Assembly (NCBI GenBank): GCA_051294375.1
Contig: CM119265.1
Coordinates: 17,649,377 to 17,713,376 of the forward strand
DNA: 64,000 bases
DNA from: Paraspadella gotoi
Lineage: Eukaryota; Animalia; Chaetognatha
Reading direction: 5' to 3'
Shown here piece after piece: positions 35,570 to 48,098 of the stretch (position 1 is the stretch's first letter; each line of letters starts with the position of its first letter). The position numbers and the translations under genes were made by a program. The notes beneath the pieces were generated by a model. That model saw only the letters and a program-made list of their open reading frames with translations. It searched no databases and had not been told where the DNA came from.

Positions 35570-38500
35570 NNNNNNNNNNNNNNNNNNNNNNNNNNNNNNN
35601 NNNNNNNNNNNNNNNNNNNNNNNNNNNNNNNNNNNNNNNNNNNNNNNNNNNNNNNNNNNNNNNNNNNNNNNNNNNNNNNNNNNNNNNNNNNNNNNNNNNN
35701 NNNNNNNNNNNNNNNNNNNNNNNNNNNNNNNNNNNNNNNNNNNNNNNNNNNNNNNNNNNNNNNNNNNNNNNNNNNNNNNNNNNNNNNNNNNNNNNNNNNN
35801 NNNNNNNNNNNNNNNNNNNNNNNNNNNNNNNNNNNNNNNNNNNNNNNNNNNNNCCCCTCACCATATCTTCCACCAACTTTACCACCATCTCTAACCCACC
35901 TTTCAACCATCTGTTCCATCATATCAACCACCATCTCTAGCCCACCCTTTCGCCTCAATCGACGCATCTGCGTCGCATCAAATTTCCTTCCAACTCGAAA
36001 TTATTAATTTTTTTCATCCTTTCCGCTTTTTTGGTTCCTTCGTTAAAATCCTAATGATGAAGTATCATCCCCGCCTCACACGCTCGCACATTGGCTATTA
36101 TATCGGGAGGTTTTTTTTTTATTTCGACGCGTTATCGTTAGAATAAAACCTTACCCAGTACCCTCGTGCCCGTTGGTCATTTGTTTAAATGACGACTGAA
36201 CGACCAAAGCCACCCACCGACGAAAAAAGTAATTAACGAAATCTCTTAGACTTAGGACTCAACCGCGAAGATCGCAATCACACTTCGCTCGAATGAAAAT
36301 AGAGCATTCGACTCTCGAAAATGCCGCAATAAAATCCGCAGATGTTTTGGACCAAGTATTGTGCAGCAATTAACGTTGTTTAGTCGAAAATCGCGTTCAT
36401 TTGGCTAACTCTGTACCTTTTTTAAAAAAAATTTTAAATAGAAAACGGAGATATAAACCGCTCAAGTTTTCATTAGAACCAGCTGCGATTAGCCACCGAG
36501 CGGCGACGGCATCGGTGCTGCCGTGGCGGCGTCGGCAGCGGTGGCGGCGCCGAAACTGCGTCGGTAGCGGCAGCGGAGGGGGAGGATGAAGATGGAAAAA
36601 TTTTAGAAAAAATAAGCGTCGAAGCAAAAATTCCGTCGAAAATGAAGAAAAAGCCAATTAATTCGCGATTATTTCGTTTGGATCCTCGACTTTTTTTTTT
36701 NNNNNNNNNNNNNNNNNNNNNNNNNNNNNNNNNNNNNNNNNNNNNNNNNNNNNNNNNNNNNNNNNNNNNNNNNNNNNNNNNNNNNNNNNNNNNNNNNNNN
36801 NNNNNNNNNNNNNNNNNNNNNNNNNNNNNNNNNNNNNNNNNNNNNNNNNNNNNNNNNNNNNNNNNNNNNNNNNNNNNNNNNNNNNNNNNNNNNNNNNNNN
36901 NNNNNNNNNNNNNNNNNNNNNNNNNNNNNNNNNNNNNNNNNNNNNNNNNNNNNNNNNNNNNNNNNNNNNNNNNNNNNNNNNNNNNNNNNNNNNNNNNNNN
37001 NNNNNNNNNNNNNNNNNNNNNNNNNNNNNNNNNNNNNNNNNNNNNNNNNNNNNNNNNNNNNNNNNNNNNNNNNNNNNNNNNNNNNNNNNNNNNNNNNNNN
37101 NNNNNNNNNNNNNNNNNNNNNNNNNNNNNNNNNNNNNNNNNNNNNNNNNNNNNNNNNNNNNNNNNNNNNNNNNNNNNNNNNNNNNNNNNNNNNNNNNNNN
37201 NNNNNNNNNNNNNNNNNNNNNNNNNNNNNNNNNNNNNNNNNNNNNNNNNNNNNNNNNNNNNNNNNNNNNNNNNNNNNNNNNNNNNNNNNNNNNNNNNNNN
37301 NNNNNNNNNNNNNNNNNNNNNNNNNNNNNNNNNNNNNNNNNNNNNNNNNNNNNNNNNNNNNNNNNNNNNNNNNNNNNNNNNNNNNNNNNNNNNNNNNNNN
37401 NNNNNNNNNNNNNNNNNNNNNNNNNNNNNNNNNNNNNNNNNNNNNNNNNNNNNNNNNNNNNNNNNNNNNNNNNNNNNNNNNNNNNNNNNNNNNNNNNNNN
37501 NNNNNNNNNNNNNNNNNNNNNNNNNNNNNNNNNNNNNNNNNNNNNNNNNNNNNNNNNNNNNNNNNNNNNNNNNNNNNNNNNNNNNNNNNNNNNNNNNNNN
37601 NNNNNNNNAAAATGTTTTGATCAATGATCAATTAACAAAGTCAATTAATTTTACGGCGAATCAAATCCTCAAAGCTTTGCGCCCTGACTAAGGGAATTAT
37701 AATTTTTTTTGCGGCNNNNNNNNNNNNNNNNNNNNNNNNNNNNNNNNNNNNNNNNNNNNNNNNNNNNNNNNNNNNNNNNNNNNNNNNNNNNNNNNNNNNN
37801 NNNNNNNNNNNNNNNNNNNNNNNNNNNNNNNNNNNNNNNNNNNNNNNNNNNNNNNNNNNNNNNNNNNNNNNNNNNNNNNNNNNNNNNNNNNNNNNNNNNN
37901 NNNNNNNNNNNNNNNNNNNNNNNNNNNNNNNNNNNNNNNNNNNNNNNNNNNNNNNNNNNNNNNNNNNNNNNNNNNNNNNNNNNNNNNNNNNNNNNNNNNT
38001 ATTAATATATAGCTTATAGTTGCGCGTAACAACAACCTCTCTCGTAATTTTTTCAAGAAGAAAAAAAAGGTAATTAAAACCAAATTTTTAGCCGAGTCTC
38101 ATTAAGAAAATATCGAAATTAAGGGGAAAAAAGTCTGGCGAGGTAATGATATAGACCAAATTCTGAGGAATTTTTTTATAAAAAAAGGCAAGACAAATTA
38201 AAGCGTTTGGCTCTTTTTTTTTCAAGATTAATGAATGGGTGTTAATTCTGAGAGTATATATAATTTCTAGAGGATAATTATTTAATTAATTAGAATTTGG
38301 CTTGTTTCAGCGGTAAAGAAAATATCATATCACGTATGAGTGCAATGCTTTGAGCCGTTGAACAAAACCAAAATACGCGCTCGTCTCTTTGGACCGAGTC
38401 TCTCTTCCATCTGCCCTTTCAAAAAAAAAAAAAAAAAAGAAAAAAAGAAAGAAACTCTTGATATGACATCCATTCGTTGTGATTCATTTCTCGTTGTGAC

Positions 38501-39089
38501 ACATCTCGCCATCAAGAGAATTCATTTTTGTAANNNNNNNNNNNNNNNNNNNNNNNNNNNNNNNNNNNNNNNNNNNNNNNNNNNNNNNNNNNNNNNNNNN
38601 NNNNNNNNNNNNNNNNNNNNNNNNNNNNNNNNNNNNNNNNNNNNNNNNNNNNNNNNNNNNNNNNNNNNNNNNNNNNNNNNNNNNNNNNNNNNNNNNNNNN
38701 NNNNNNNNNNNNNNNNNNNNNNNNNNNNNNNNNNNNNNNNNNNNNNNNNNNNNNNNNNNNNNNNNNNNNNNNNNNNNNNNNNNNNNNNNNNNNNNNNNNN
38801 NNNNNNNNNNNNNNNNNNNNNNNNNNNNNNNNNNNNNNNNNNNNNNNNNNNNNNNNNNNNNNNNNNNNNNNNNNNNNNNNNNNNNNNNNNNNNNNNNNNN
38901 NNNNNNNNNNNNNNNNNNNNNNNNNNNNNNNNNNNNNNNNNNNNNNNNNNNNNNNNNNNNNNNNNNNNNNNNNNNNNNNNNNNNNNNNNNNNNNNNNNNN
39001 NNNNNNNNNNNNNNNNNNNNNNNNNNNNNNNNNNNNNNNNNNNNNNNNNNNNNNNNNNNNNNNNNNNNGTTCGGTTTAAACTTTCGTAT

Positions 39090-39658
39090 TTTGCAAAATA
39101 AATCATTGCTAACAATCAGAACTTTTGATCGTTCGTCGCAAACAATTTTACTGTCGATTTGAAGACAACACAGAAGGGCTGTAGCGAGCATAGTCCATTA
39201 CAGGACGACTCTTCGTTCGTGTCGGCCAAAATTCGGTGATGCGGCCGCCATAAGTCGGTCAACAATCGTCCGGACTACTACATACCCGACAGGTGAAGGA
39301 GCTCAAACTTGGGGAAAAAATGAAGAGAAAGTTCATTATTTTGTTTTGTTTTAAACTATAGCAATGAGCGAAGCATCTGCTTTGCGATCTTTCTTTTTCA
39401 TGGTTTCTTTTTTTCTCCCTCTTCCATCCTTTTTGAATTTCATACGGAGAACAACTGAAACCGACTGGCCCTCGGCTCTCCGTCCAAAAAAAATAATAAA
39501 GAATGGCCGGATGTAATCAGAACCCGTGTGGGCCCCGGCTTTAATGCTTCCGACTGCTATGAAAACATTGGGAGGCTTTCAGTGGCATCGGGGTATAAAA
39601 TTGCAATAACAAGAAATCGGGGGGAAGAAGAATAAAGAGGGCAAGAGAGAGAGAGAGA

Positions 39659-39705
<47 letters not shown>

Positions 39706-39890
39706 AGAGAGAGGGAGAGAGAGGGAAAGAGAGTTGATAAAAGAGAAAGGGGACCACACAGAGTCCGCACAAAGACCACACGACGAATGAACTTCCCAGA
39801 GAGAAGATTCTGTAGATTGTGTAAGATTTTGCGCCCCGGGGAGTGGTCTCTCTTTTTGTAATAGGGGGAGTGTTGACCTTAGTTTCCATC
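39090..39890 (-). CDS. Dynein heavy chain fragment (end of AAA6 and AAA-lid), frameshifted by sequence errors; probably axonemal type
   Basis: Minus-strand pieces occur in the correct order: TKV..E..PRGAKS..NL (39889-39810), HS-II-LER, GPVGFS-V-PYE-F..DG (39471-39425), YVV..TYGGRITEFW (39252-39226), RRVV..TML..FC..KF. These match the recalled dynein consensus KMTxEPPRGxxxNL...FHAxxxERRKFGPLG(W/F)NIPYEFxDxD...NYGGRVTDDWDRR. Several indels are needed to join the pieces. Confidence 0.75.
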
Positions 39891-42800
39891 AATGGGTGTG
39901 AGAAAGAACGAGTCTAAGAAACAAATTAAGATTCTAAATAAAAATCTAAAACACTGCCAAAAAAACTCTACATAAAATTGGTTTAATTCATGTGATAAAA
40001 GTTGCCTTTTTGAAATGACATGTTTTAATTTCCACATACATTTCTCTAATTAAACGCTGAGTAGAGACAAGAACATTCAGTCTCAGCATCANNNNNNNNN
40101 NNNNNNNNNNNNNNNNNNNNNNNNNNNNNNNNNNNNNNNNNNNNNNNNNNNNNNNNNNNNNNNNNNNNNNNNNNNNNNNNNNNNNNNNNNNNNNNNNNNN
40201 NNNNNNNNNNNNNNNNNNNNNNNNNNNNNNNNNNNNNNNNNNNNNNNNNNNNNNNNNNNNNNNNNNNNNNNNNNNNNNNNNNNNNNNNNNNNNNNNNNNN
40301 NNNNNNNNNNNNNNNNNNNNNNNNNNNNNNNNNNNNNNNGCGACGCAAACTTTCTCTTTTTAGCAACGTTCCGCGACGACGAGGACAATCCGCTTTTGCC
40401 GTACCCGGCGCTGCGTCGCGGCACCAGCGGCAGCTTTTGGACCTCAACGTTTCGCCGCGCATGATGACTGTCAACGAAATCGCATTCGATAAGAACGAAG
40501 GGAAAAAAAATGACGAAAAAAGAAAAAGAAAAAGTGAGGCGATTTGAAATCTTTTTGGATCGTACTCGGGTCCCAATAGCGTAACTGAAAAAATGATATA
40601 AATTCTTTACTTTCCTCATTTCAATTGGGTCCTGCTGAATAAAATATAAACAAAAATATCTCCTTCATTCCATTTTTTCCGCTTTTGAAGTACAACTCGG
40701 CTCAAGAAAAACCTTTGTTAGGGTATTGCACAAAAATTTTAAAAATACTACTTTTCTTCATTCGATGGTTTTAAACCTTATATTAGGCCTAACGAAGTGT
40801 ACTTTAATTGTTAATTCCAACTTTGACTTTTAAATATTTGATTTACGCCAACTGATTTACGTCAATTTGGAGTAACGTTTCTGCCTCCTTACTGCTGTCA
40901 AGGATATTCAACCAAAATTTTTAAAAACGCTTTTTTTTAATTAAGAATACATTGTAGTACAGGATTCAGCTTTGATTTATTTTTTTTACGTTTTTGTTGG
41001 CGCTGGTGGCGTAAAAATTACGCCAAAACGTATTATTTCCTAATTACATAGATGGCGTTATGAATTTTTTCAAAGAAATTTTTAAAATATATCAAGTTAA
41101 ATAATTGTAAATGTCTATATTTAAATTTGAAAAAAAATTGTAGCGTAAAATGGCGTGAAATGACCTTAAAACCTAATTAACATGATTTCATGATGTGGCG
41201 TAAAGACTTTTAGATTATTTTCTAGTAAAAGCTATTCCGTTAAGTTGCTTTAAAGATTTATCCGGNNNNNNNNNNNNNNNNNNNNNNNNNNNNNNNNNNN
41301 NNNNNNNNNNNNNNNNNNNNNNNNNNNNNNNNNNNNNAATTTCAGATAAAAACAACCTTCAATGTCATTTATCAATCAATTTTTGGCGTAAATTGACGAA
41401 AAACTGCGCCACTTTATTCCCTCATGTCTTTCCCTTTCCTCCCTTTTCTTTTCCTTTTTTATTTTCATACAACCTCCGATTCTAAATCGATTATTTTTTG
41501 GTTTTAATTCTTTAAAATCAAAGAAAAAACGAATACCGAAAATAAATCTCAAATCCTAGATAAAAAGAAAGAAAGATACACCACGTAAAAGTCAGTGGAC
41601 CAATTTTATTAAAAGTATCAGAAATTGTGCATCAACAATGGTTCTTTAGGTTTATATTTGAACCTAGTTAAAAAAANNNNNNNNNNNNNNNNNNNNNNNN
41701 NCAAAAGCATTTTTAAAACAGTAAATTGCTTGCCCAACCTCTGAAAAAAATAAAAATAAAATACTAAAAAAAATTGACTTTCTTGATAACGATGATCCTT
41801 CTTTAGAAGCTTACTCTGCTACCCAGGCGGTCCCAAACCCAAATCTATCTTGTAGTCAGGGTAGTCCCACTCAATGGAAGCCCCTTCCTATTAAATCTTA
41901 AAAGCATAACCGGAGTCGTCGCAATTGCAATAAAAGAGGCAGAGGACCGAGAGAGAGAGACGAGTGAAAATGCGTTTCGACGAAGTGCGAGAGCGAGAGA
42001 GAGGACGGCCGCGTATTCACACACACCATATATTTCGGTGCAGTTACTGAGGGGTGTTTTCCGACTACGTGTTTGCCCTCAATTATGTTTCAGTTTTCTT
42101 CCTAATCTTTAGTGACGCTCCCCGAATCGTCTTACGGGCGCCTCAAGAAACGGTAGACCGGTTTCAGCCTAACTAGGACAACTCAAATAACAAATATTGA
42201 CCCCCGACGCACGTCCAAGGCAGCGCTCGTACGACCTATGCACGTGCAATACATACTACCCCTTCTCAGTTAGTAATATTTTAACCTTAGCCTCCAAATT
42301 TAGTAACTTAACTTTCGCTTTCAAATTTTGTCTCTCTAAATCCTTTCTTCAGTTTTTCCAAAGTTTAATATTTTCATAGCCCCATTCCAGCAACTCAGCG
42401 CGCCTATTTTGTAAACACTTTTTGGCCTCTAAGTAAATAAAACAAAGGGAAGCAGAGACGAGGAGGGAGGGCGGAGATTCCGCGCTGTGTATTCCAACAT
42501 TCTTTAGATCGTCACCTGACTTAAGACACAATACTTTGTATCACTTTATTCTACCAATACAACTTTGGCAATCTACAATTCATTTCAGGTACCCCACTTC
42601 AAACAATAATTAGACAGACTATGCATAGTTCAGGCTCTCTATCAGCTCATCTTGAGGGCCACAAAGACCACTACCGACAATTCAGTAAAAACGTATGACG
42701 TATTCTTTACAGAAGAGAGGAAAGGAGACATGAAAAATATTTGTTTTGTTTTTTGGTTTTTTAGTCGAAAAATCTGCTTATCTCAGCCAGATCCCGACTC

Positions 42801-43324
42801 TATTAAATTTCCACTTTGTCGGCTCCGTCGCGTTCCGCCCCCTCAATATTGTCCGGCACTAACTGTATATCAATGCAGAACATCGAATTATGCATTAAAT
42901 TATGCCAAAAAAATGATGTCGTCCGTCCGTCCTACCTTAGCAAAAAACCCCAATTACTCGTGATTGGATGGATGGATTTGAATGGAATTTTGTGTGTCCC
43001 GGGTAGGGAGTGTCCTGTGGATCCGAGCCGTACCCGACTATTACCCAAGTATCGCATGGCACCCATCGTCCTTGTGGAAATGAGTTTAAATGAAAAAAAC
43101 AAAAATTATAATTTCACTTTATTTCAACTACCAATTCCGCCTCATGAGTGGATTCTGGGCGCATTGGACCTGAATTTTGCTATGTCCCGAGTAAGAAAAG
43201 TCGTTGTGCAGGTTCGCCAACGGAATGATGGAAATCCTTTGAGTGGAATGAGTTTAATGGTAAACAAAACCAAAAAGACACTAAGCTTCGTCATTAACCA
43301 ATCATGTGCTATTCATTGACAGGT

Positions 43325-43525
43325 AAATCATTGGTTATCATTCGCATCAATTATTGGTTATAATCGCATCAAATATTGGTGTTTATCAAATCAAGATCAA
43401 TCAATTATTTGGCTTATCATCGTCGGTCAATAATTGGTAAGATCAGGTCCAGTCAAAAAATCAAAATTCCTACTACATCAATAAATTACTATTCTTACAT
43501 CAATTAATGGTCGTAATCGCATCGG
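43325..43525. repeat. Degenerate ~21 bp minisatellite (atcgcatcaattattggttat-like)
   Basis: ttcgcatcaattattggttat / aatcgcatcaaatattggtgt / ...caattaatggtcgtaatcgcatc. Confidence 0.7.
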
Positions 43526-44599
43526 AATTATTCTTCCCGGATGTTTTCATTAAGGTTTTCTTAGATAGCTAGCTGGCTCGTATCAATATACTCTGTTTAA
43601 ACTTTTTGTTAAAAAGAAAAAATTTATATGATAAAAAAAGACAAATATGACAATAAAGTGATTAAATAATTTAACAAGTTTGAGCAAAACGATATTAGGA
43701 ATGTACATTTTTTATTTACTCGTAAGAAATAGTGCATTCCCCTTTTCTTTTTAACGTAGTTCAAACCTATAAATAGAAAATAATTATTAAGGTATGAGTA
43801 TATTTTTTATTACAATTAATAAGTTCTAATTAACCTAATAGTAACTTTTTTTTGAAATTCTTTTAGAGCAAAGAACAAAAGGCGATATCATTATCTCTCT
43901 ATCGAGGATAGCATAAGTTTTTTTTAAATCTTTCACAAAACATTGTTAAAAATACATTTTTTAAAAAGATTTCAAAAATAGAGCCATAAAAAACAATGAG
44001 CGGTTTAAAAAGAAATTAATTAATTCTTCTCAAAAAACTGAAAGACTTAATTTATAATGCGAGGTACTGTAAACATAGTCCAATTTTTCCGTCTATCAAG
44101 AGTAGATAATGGAAGTTGTCGTCCCTGTATAGATAAATACTTTTTAAAAAGATAGACATATTATTGAAAAAAGTAAAAATTAATTTTAACACTTTTTTTC
44201 ATTTTTCAGAGAGGATCGAGGCCGGCCAGTAAAATTAGACAGTGGAATAGAGCTTTTATTTATTGAAACAAAGATGTGTCAAAAATTTCATATGTATATG
44301 GGCGGAACACCTTGTATAGCGACAAAAAACGTTTATAAGATTATAAAAAAACTTATTCATATATTGAAAGGTCTACTCTTATGTCTGCATTAGGAGAAAC
44401 GCTGAGCATTTGGTTGTGCAATGTTAAGTAAGTACAAAATAAAGCGTGAACTCAAAATGTTGTGAGGTAAAGTAGCATCAAAATATTGCAAAATATTTAA
44501 GTCAACTTACTAAAAATGAACACTAACCGAAAAGTAACTCTCGGATAGAACCATACCGTCGCCTCAAGCCAAGATCCCGCTGGGCCATGCAGAGAATGC

Positions 44600-47300
44600 T
44601 CTCTAATGTCGATTTAAAAAAAAATAATCTATTCTTTTCCTCCTGTATCAATAAAAAATATAAAATCAAAATGACTACTCTTCCCGTCTGAAGTGATCTT
44701 TGGCAACCCCATAACTATATCTATACTCACTTACAATTTTCTCGATGAGCAAGTAAGAAATACATACTATTCCTCACACAAAATCTCAAACTTATAAATA
44801 TTTTATGCCTAATCCAATACATGGACCAATCATTTATTTATAATAAACACCGCCGCCTCTAAATTGAAACAAAGAACCGATAATACTATCTTAATTATAT
44901 TAAACAAATGTCATGACCGAAAACATCCGTAAAACGATAGTAACAAAAATCCAAATTTTCCCAAAAAATACAATCAGTAGCCACGAATTTGGACAAACCT
45001 ACAAGCGCCATCGATCTTGTTCCTGGCGCCAACCAAAACCTTCATATCTACCCCTTCCTATCCCGAGTTAAATAATTAATTTATATTAGCCTTACTTGAC
45101 CCAAAAAGACCGAACCAAAATAAAATACAATATTATTTTATAATGATTGAAAAAATATTGGTATTTAAAATAATTTTTAAAATTTTATTTGTTATTTATT
45201 AAAAACTGCCAATCAACCTTTGTTCAATGTATCATTTGTATAAAAAAGGAATACAACTTACCTTGGGAACTCTAAACCCAATATTTTCTACCACAAGCAA
45301 ACAATATTCACCTCTATTAAACTCAGCTATACCACCCATATCTTCTTAACCGGAATAATTATGTTTGACATAACATGATATATTCCACCCACACACCTGA
45401 CAAAAAAAACTAAAAATCTGAAAATTATCAGTATCAGTATAAACAAATTTTAATGTACATCAAATTATGTAGTCTTCCGCCTTCTTAGAAAAAGCTCAAT
45501 TTTTATCGTGGAGCAGAAAGAAAACTGGACTAAGGAGCCCACAGACTTGCATATAACTAACACTGTCCAATGCCCCTCTAATCAATTAACCGTCCAAGAC
45601 TCGCACCACATCCCAAATTAATGATGTAAAGAAAAATTCAAATGTAAAAACATTATTTATGTCGAAGTAGACGAGACCCAAGCCACAACCCAAAACCCGG
45701 ACATAACAAAACTCAGCAAGACGACGATCATCCTTCCCTTAGGTTCTCCTCTCACCAGTTGTTAGAAAAAAATCCTGCTATACCAATGAGAAGAAATACA
45801 CAAACATAACGCTTCACAATGCATTCACTATTACTCAAACAAAGCTGAGAAATCTAGACCTAGATTCCTCATCAACTCCTCCCTAGTCTCCGTGGAGCTA
45901 TACTCCGCTCCCTCCAGTTTATCGATAAGATATAATAATGTTACTTAACCAACCTCGATTCATAAATCGATATTTTTTGGATTTTTTAAATTTCTTTAAA
46001 ATAATGATCAAAAAAACTAATAAAGACGCAAAACGACAGGACATTAACCTCGCAAATTAACAAAATTCCCAAATCAAACTACGATGCGCCCTAGCACGAT
46101 CAACGGGAAGAAAGAACCAAAGAAATACATCATCACCAGCCCGTAAAAGTCAGGTCTGGCAACCAATTCTGCATGCTGAAACCAAAAGCCCCCCTATCAC
46201 GAAAAATTGTGCTCGCCAAATCAACAATCACTGTATCTTTAGGTTTAAAATAAATATATGAACACCATGTTCAATATACGAAATAAATACTATAAATAAA
46301 AGATATTACCCATAATATTTAATCCACATATATATGTTATCTAAGTATTATTACTAGCCAAAGAAGGAATTTGATAATGGAAAAGCATGAAAACAACAAG
46401 GCGATGAGAAATCTTAAGGTAATCATAATAAATATTTAATTATATATCAAGTTTCATACATATTGAAATGCATTCATAGGGCCTTTAATATAGCAATAGG
46501 AAAAAAATAGATTGATATAGAACAATGTAACAAGATCAGCCAGATACAATGCGGCTAGAGCGCCCATTTTCCTCGGCACATTCCTTGGCCGGATAATCAA
46601 GGACCAAACCTATTGAATCAGTATAATTGAAGCTCCGATAAAGAGCCACCAGAAAAATCCCATCTGCACAAATCTCCTCCGCTAAAAGACCAGCCAAAGG
46701 TAGGGTTATGCGATGAGAACAGCCTTTAAGTTTTTGTCAACTAACAACGAAAAATAAAATGAAAATTAATTCTTTCTGTACTATTCCAATATTTTTCTTA
46801 ATTTGGAAAAAGACTTCCATCTTTTCAAATCTGAGTTAATTTAAGGTCTAAGACCTCTCTACATCAGTACCTGAAGATTTAAGAATACTAAAATTTATAG
46901 TCTTCCTTTAAAAATTCACAATCAGTACACCATATCCTCAAAAAGCCTATTTAAATTTTGGATAAATACGAAATTCCCTATTATAGTTTTCGGCTGATAG
47001 TAAAATTTAAACAAATCTTCGTCAAATACTGTGACTAAACTCCCTACCTTTGTTAAATAAATTTTCAAATAAAACTACCATAGCAAGTTTTCATATGAAT
47101 CTTTTAAGAGCAACCTCCGCAATGAACATCTTTGAAGGAGAGACACCAAAAACTGTACCCACAGGGAGCGGTTAAAAAAGCTGAAAACAATAACAGTTTG
47201 ACACCGTAATCCTAAGCGTTAAAAGACTGCGGTTACTGACCATTAACTTTTGGCTTAATTTATAAATCATAAACATGCCGGACAAAAGTAGAATCAAAAA
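44600..47300 (+). mobile_element. Non-LTR retrotransposon (LINE) ORF2 remnant, APE endonuclease + reverse transcriptase, heavily garbled
   Basis: Ordered motif remnants after small indel corrections: GQTY-SAIDL (44991-45018), NWTK (~45524), SP(G)P..MLK (46133-46181), RPISL-like (46561), Q.G(F)R-like (~46695), FL(D)LEKAF-like (46794-46819), ILKKLFKFGI (46934-46965), VPQGAV (47155-47173; ambiguous, as it overlaps the TIR element end). The sense strand is A/C-rich. Confidence 0.6.
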
Positions 47301-48098
47301 AAAATCCTCTTCGATAAAATCAGCCCGAGCCCTTAATTTTCTTTTAAAAAATCGTAAGAAGAAAATCTTTTTTCAGTTTAAAATGTTTTTTTCCAAAAGA
47401 GGGTAAGATCTAATTTTAAAAAGATTTTCAGCTTTTATCACAAAAATTTATAAGAAAAAAAACTAGGAATGAATCAAAATTTAGAGTATCGACTGATTTT
47501 ATTTAAACTTTCTTTTCAATGATCCTGTTAATTGGATGAAAATAATTACTCTTTGAAGTAATATAAATATGAAGAAAGAAGGAAAAGATTCTGTACTTTT
47601 GCTAAATTTTTAGTTATTATAATTAGAATCAATAATAGCTTAATAAACATTCTTTAAGGGGATAAGAATATAATATTAATTTAATAATTATCTTACCAGG
47701 ATTTGTTTCTGTTAAGAATAGAATTTAGGTTCTGATTTGTCTGCTTTAAGTAAATATGAAATATAAAAATATTAGCTTGTAAAGCCTTTGTTCTATGAGG
47801 CTTAAACCTAAAATGTAAGCTTTATTGTACAGTAAGTAAAATAAAAAATTTGGAATTAGTAAAAAATCCTTTCTAAATGTAAAAATAAAAATAATGATTA
47901 TATAAATATTTAGGTAGGGTCAACTAAATGTTTTTTTTCATAATTAATTAATTTTTTTGTTTCCGCTCAATAAGAGATAGGAATTTTTTTGCTACTTTCC
48001 CGTGAAAAAAAAATTAATGACTATACCATTCAAATTCCTTTGATGATAGACCCTTAAGCTTATGATTATCATTCCTTTATCACTCGGGTTGTCCCCTC
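47130..48098. mobile_element. Second (noisy, inverted) copy of the TTAA-flanked TIR element
   Basis: Reverse-complement match to 14000-14916 (e.g. caaaaatttataagaaaaaaaactaggaatgaatcaaaattt at ~47441 and cccttaagcttatgat at 48051). Ends with a degraded TIR, tcactcgggttgtcccc. Flanks differ from the 14 kb copy. Confidence 0.75.

Noticed and set aside
39140-39215. PAN/apple-like CxxxCxxxxxCxxF in a minus-strand frame
   Set aside because: It overlaps the better supported multi-motif dynein match, so it is likely a frameshift by-product.
42816-43319. 167 aa ORF with a WILG aspartic-protease-like motif
   Set aside because: No catalytic D(T/S)G in frame, and it lies in a garbled segment.
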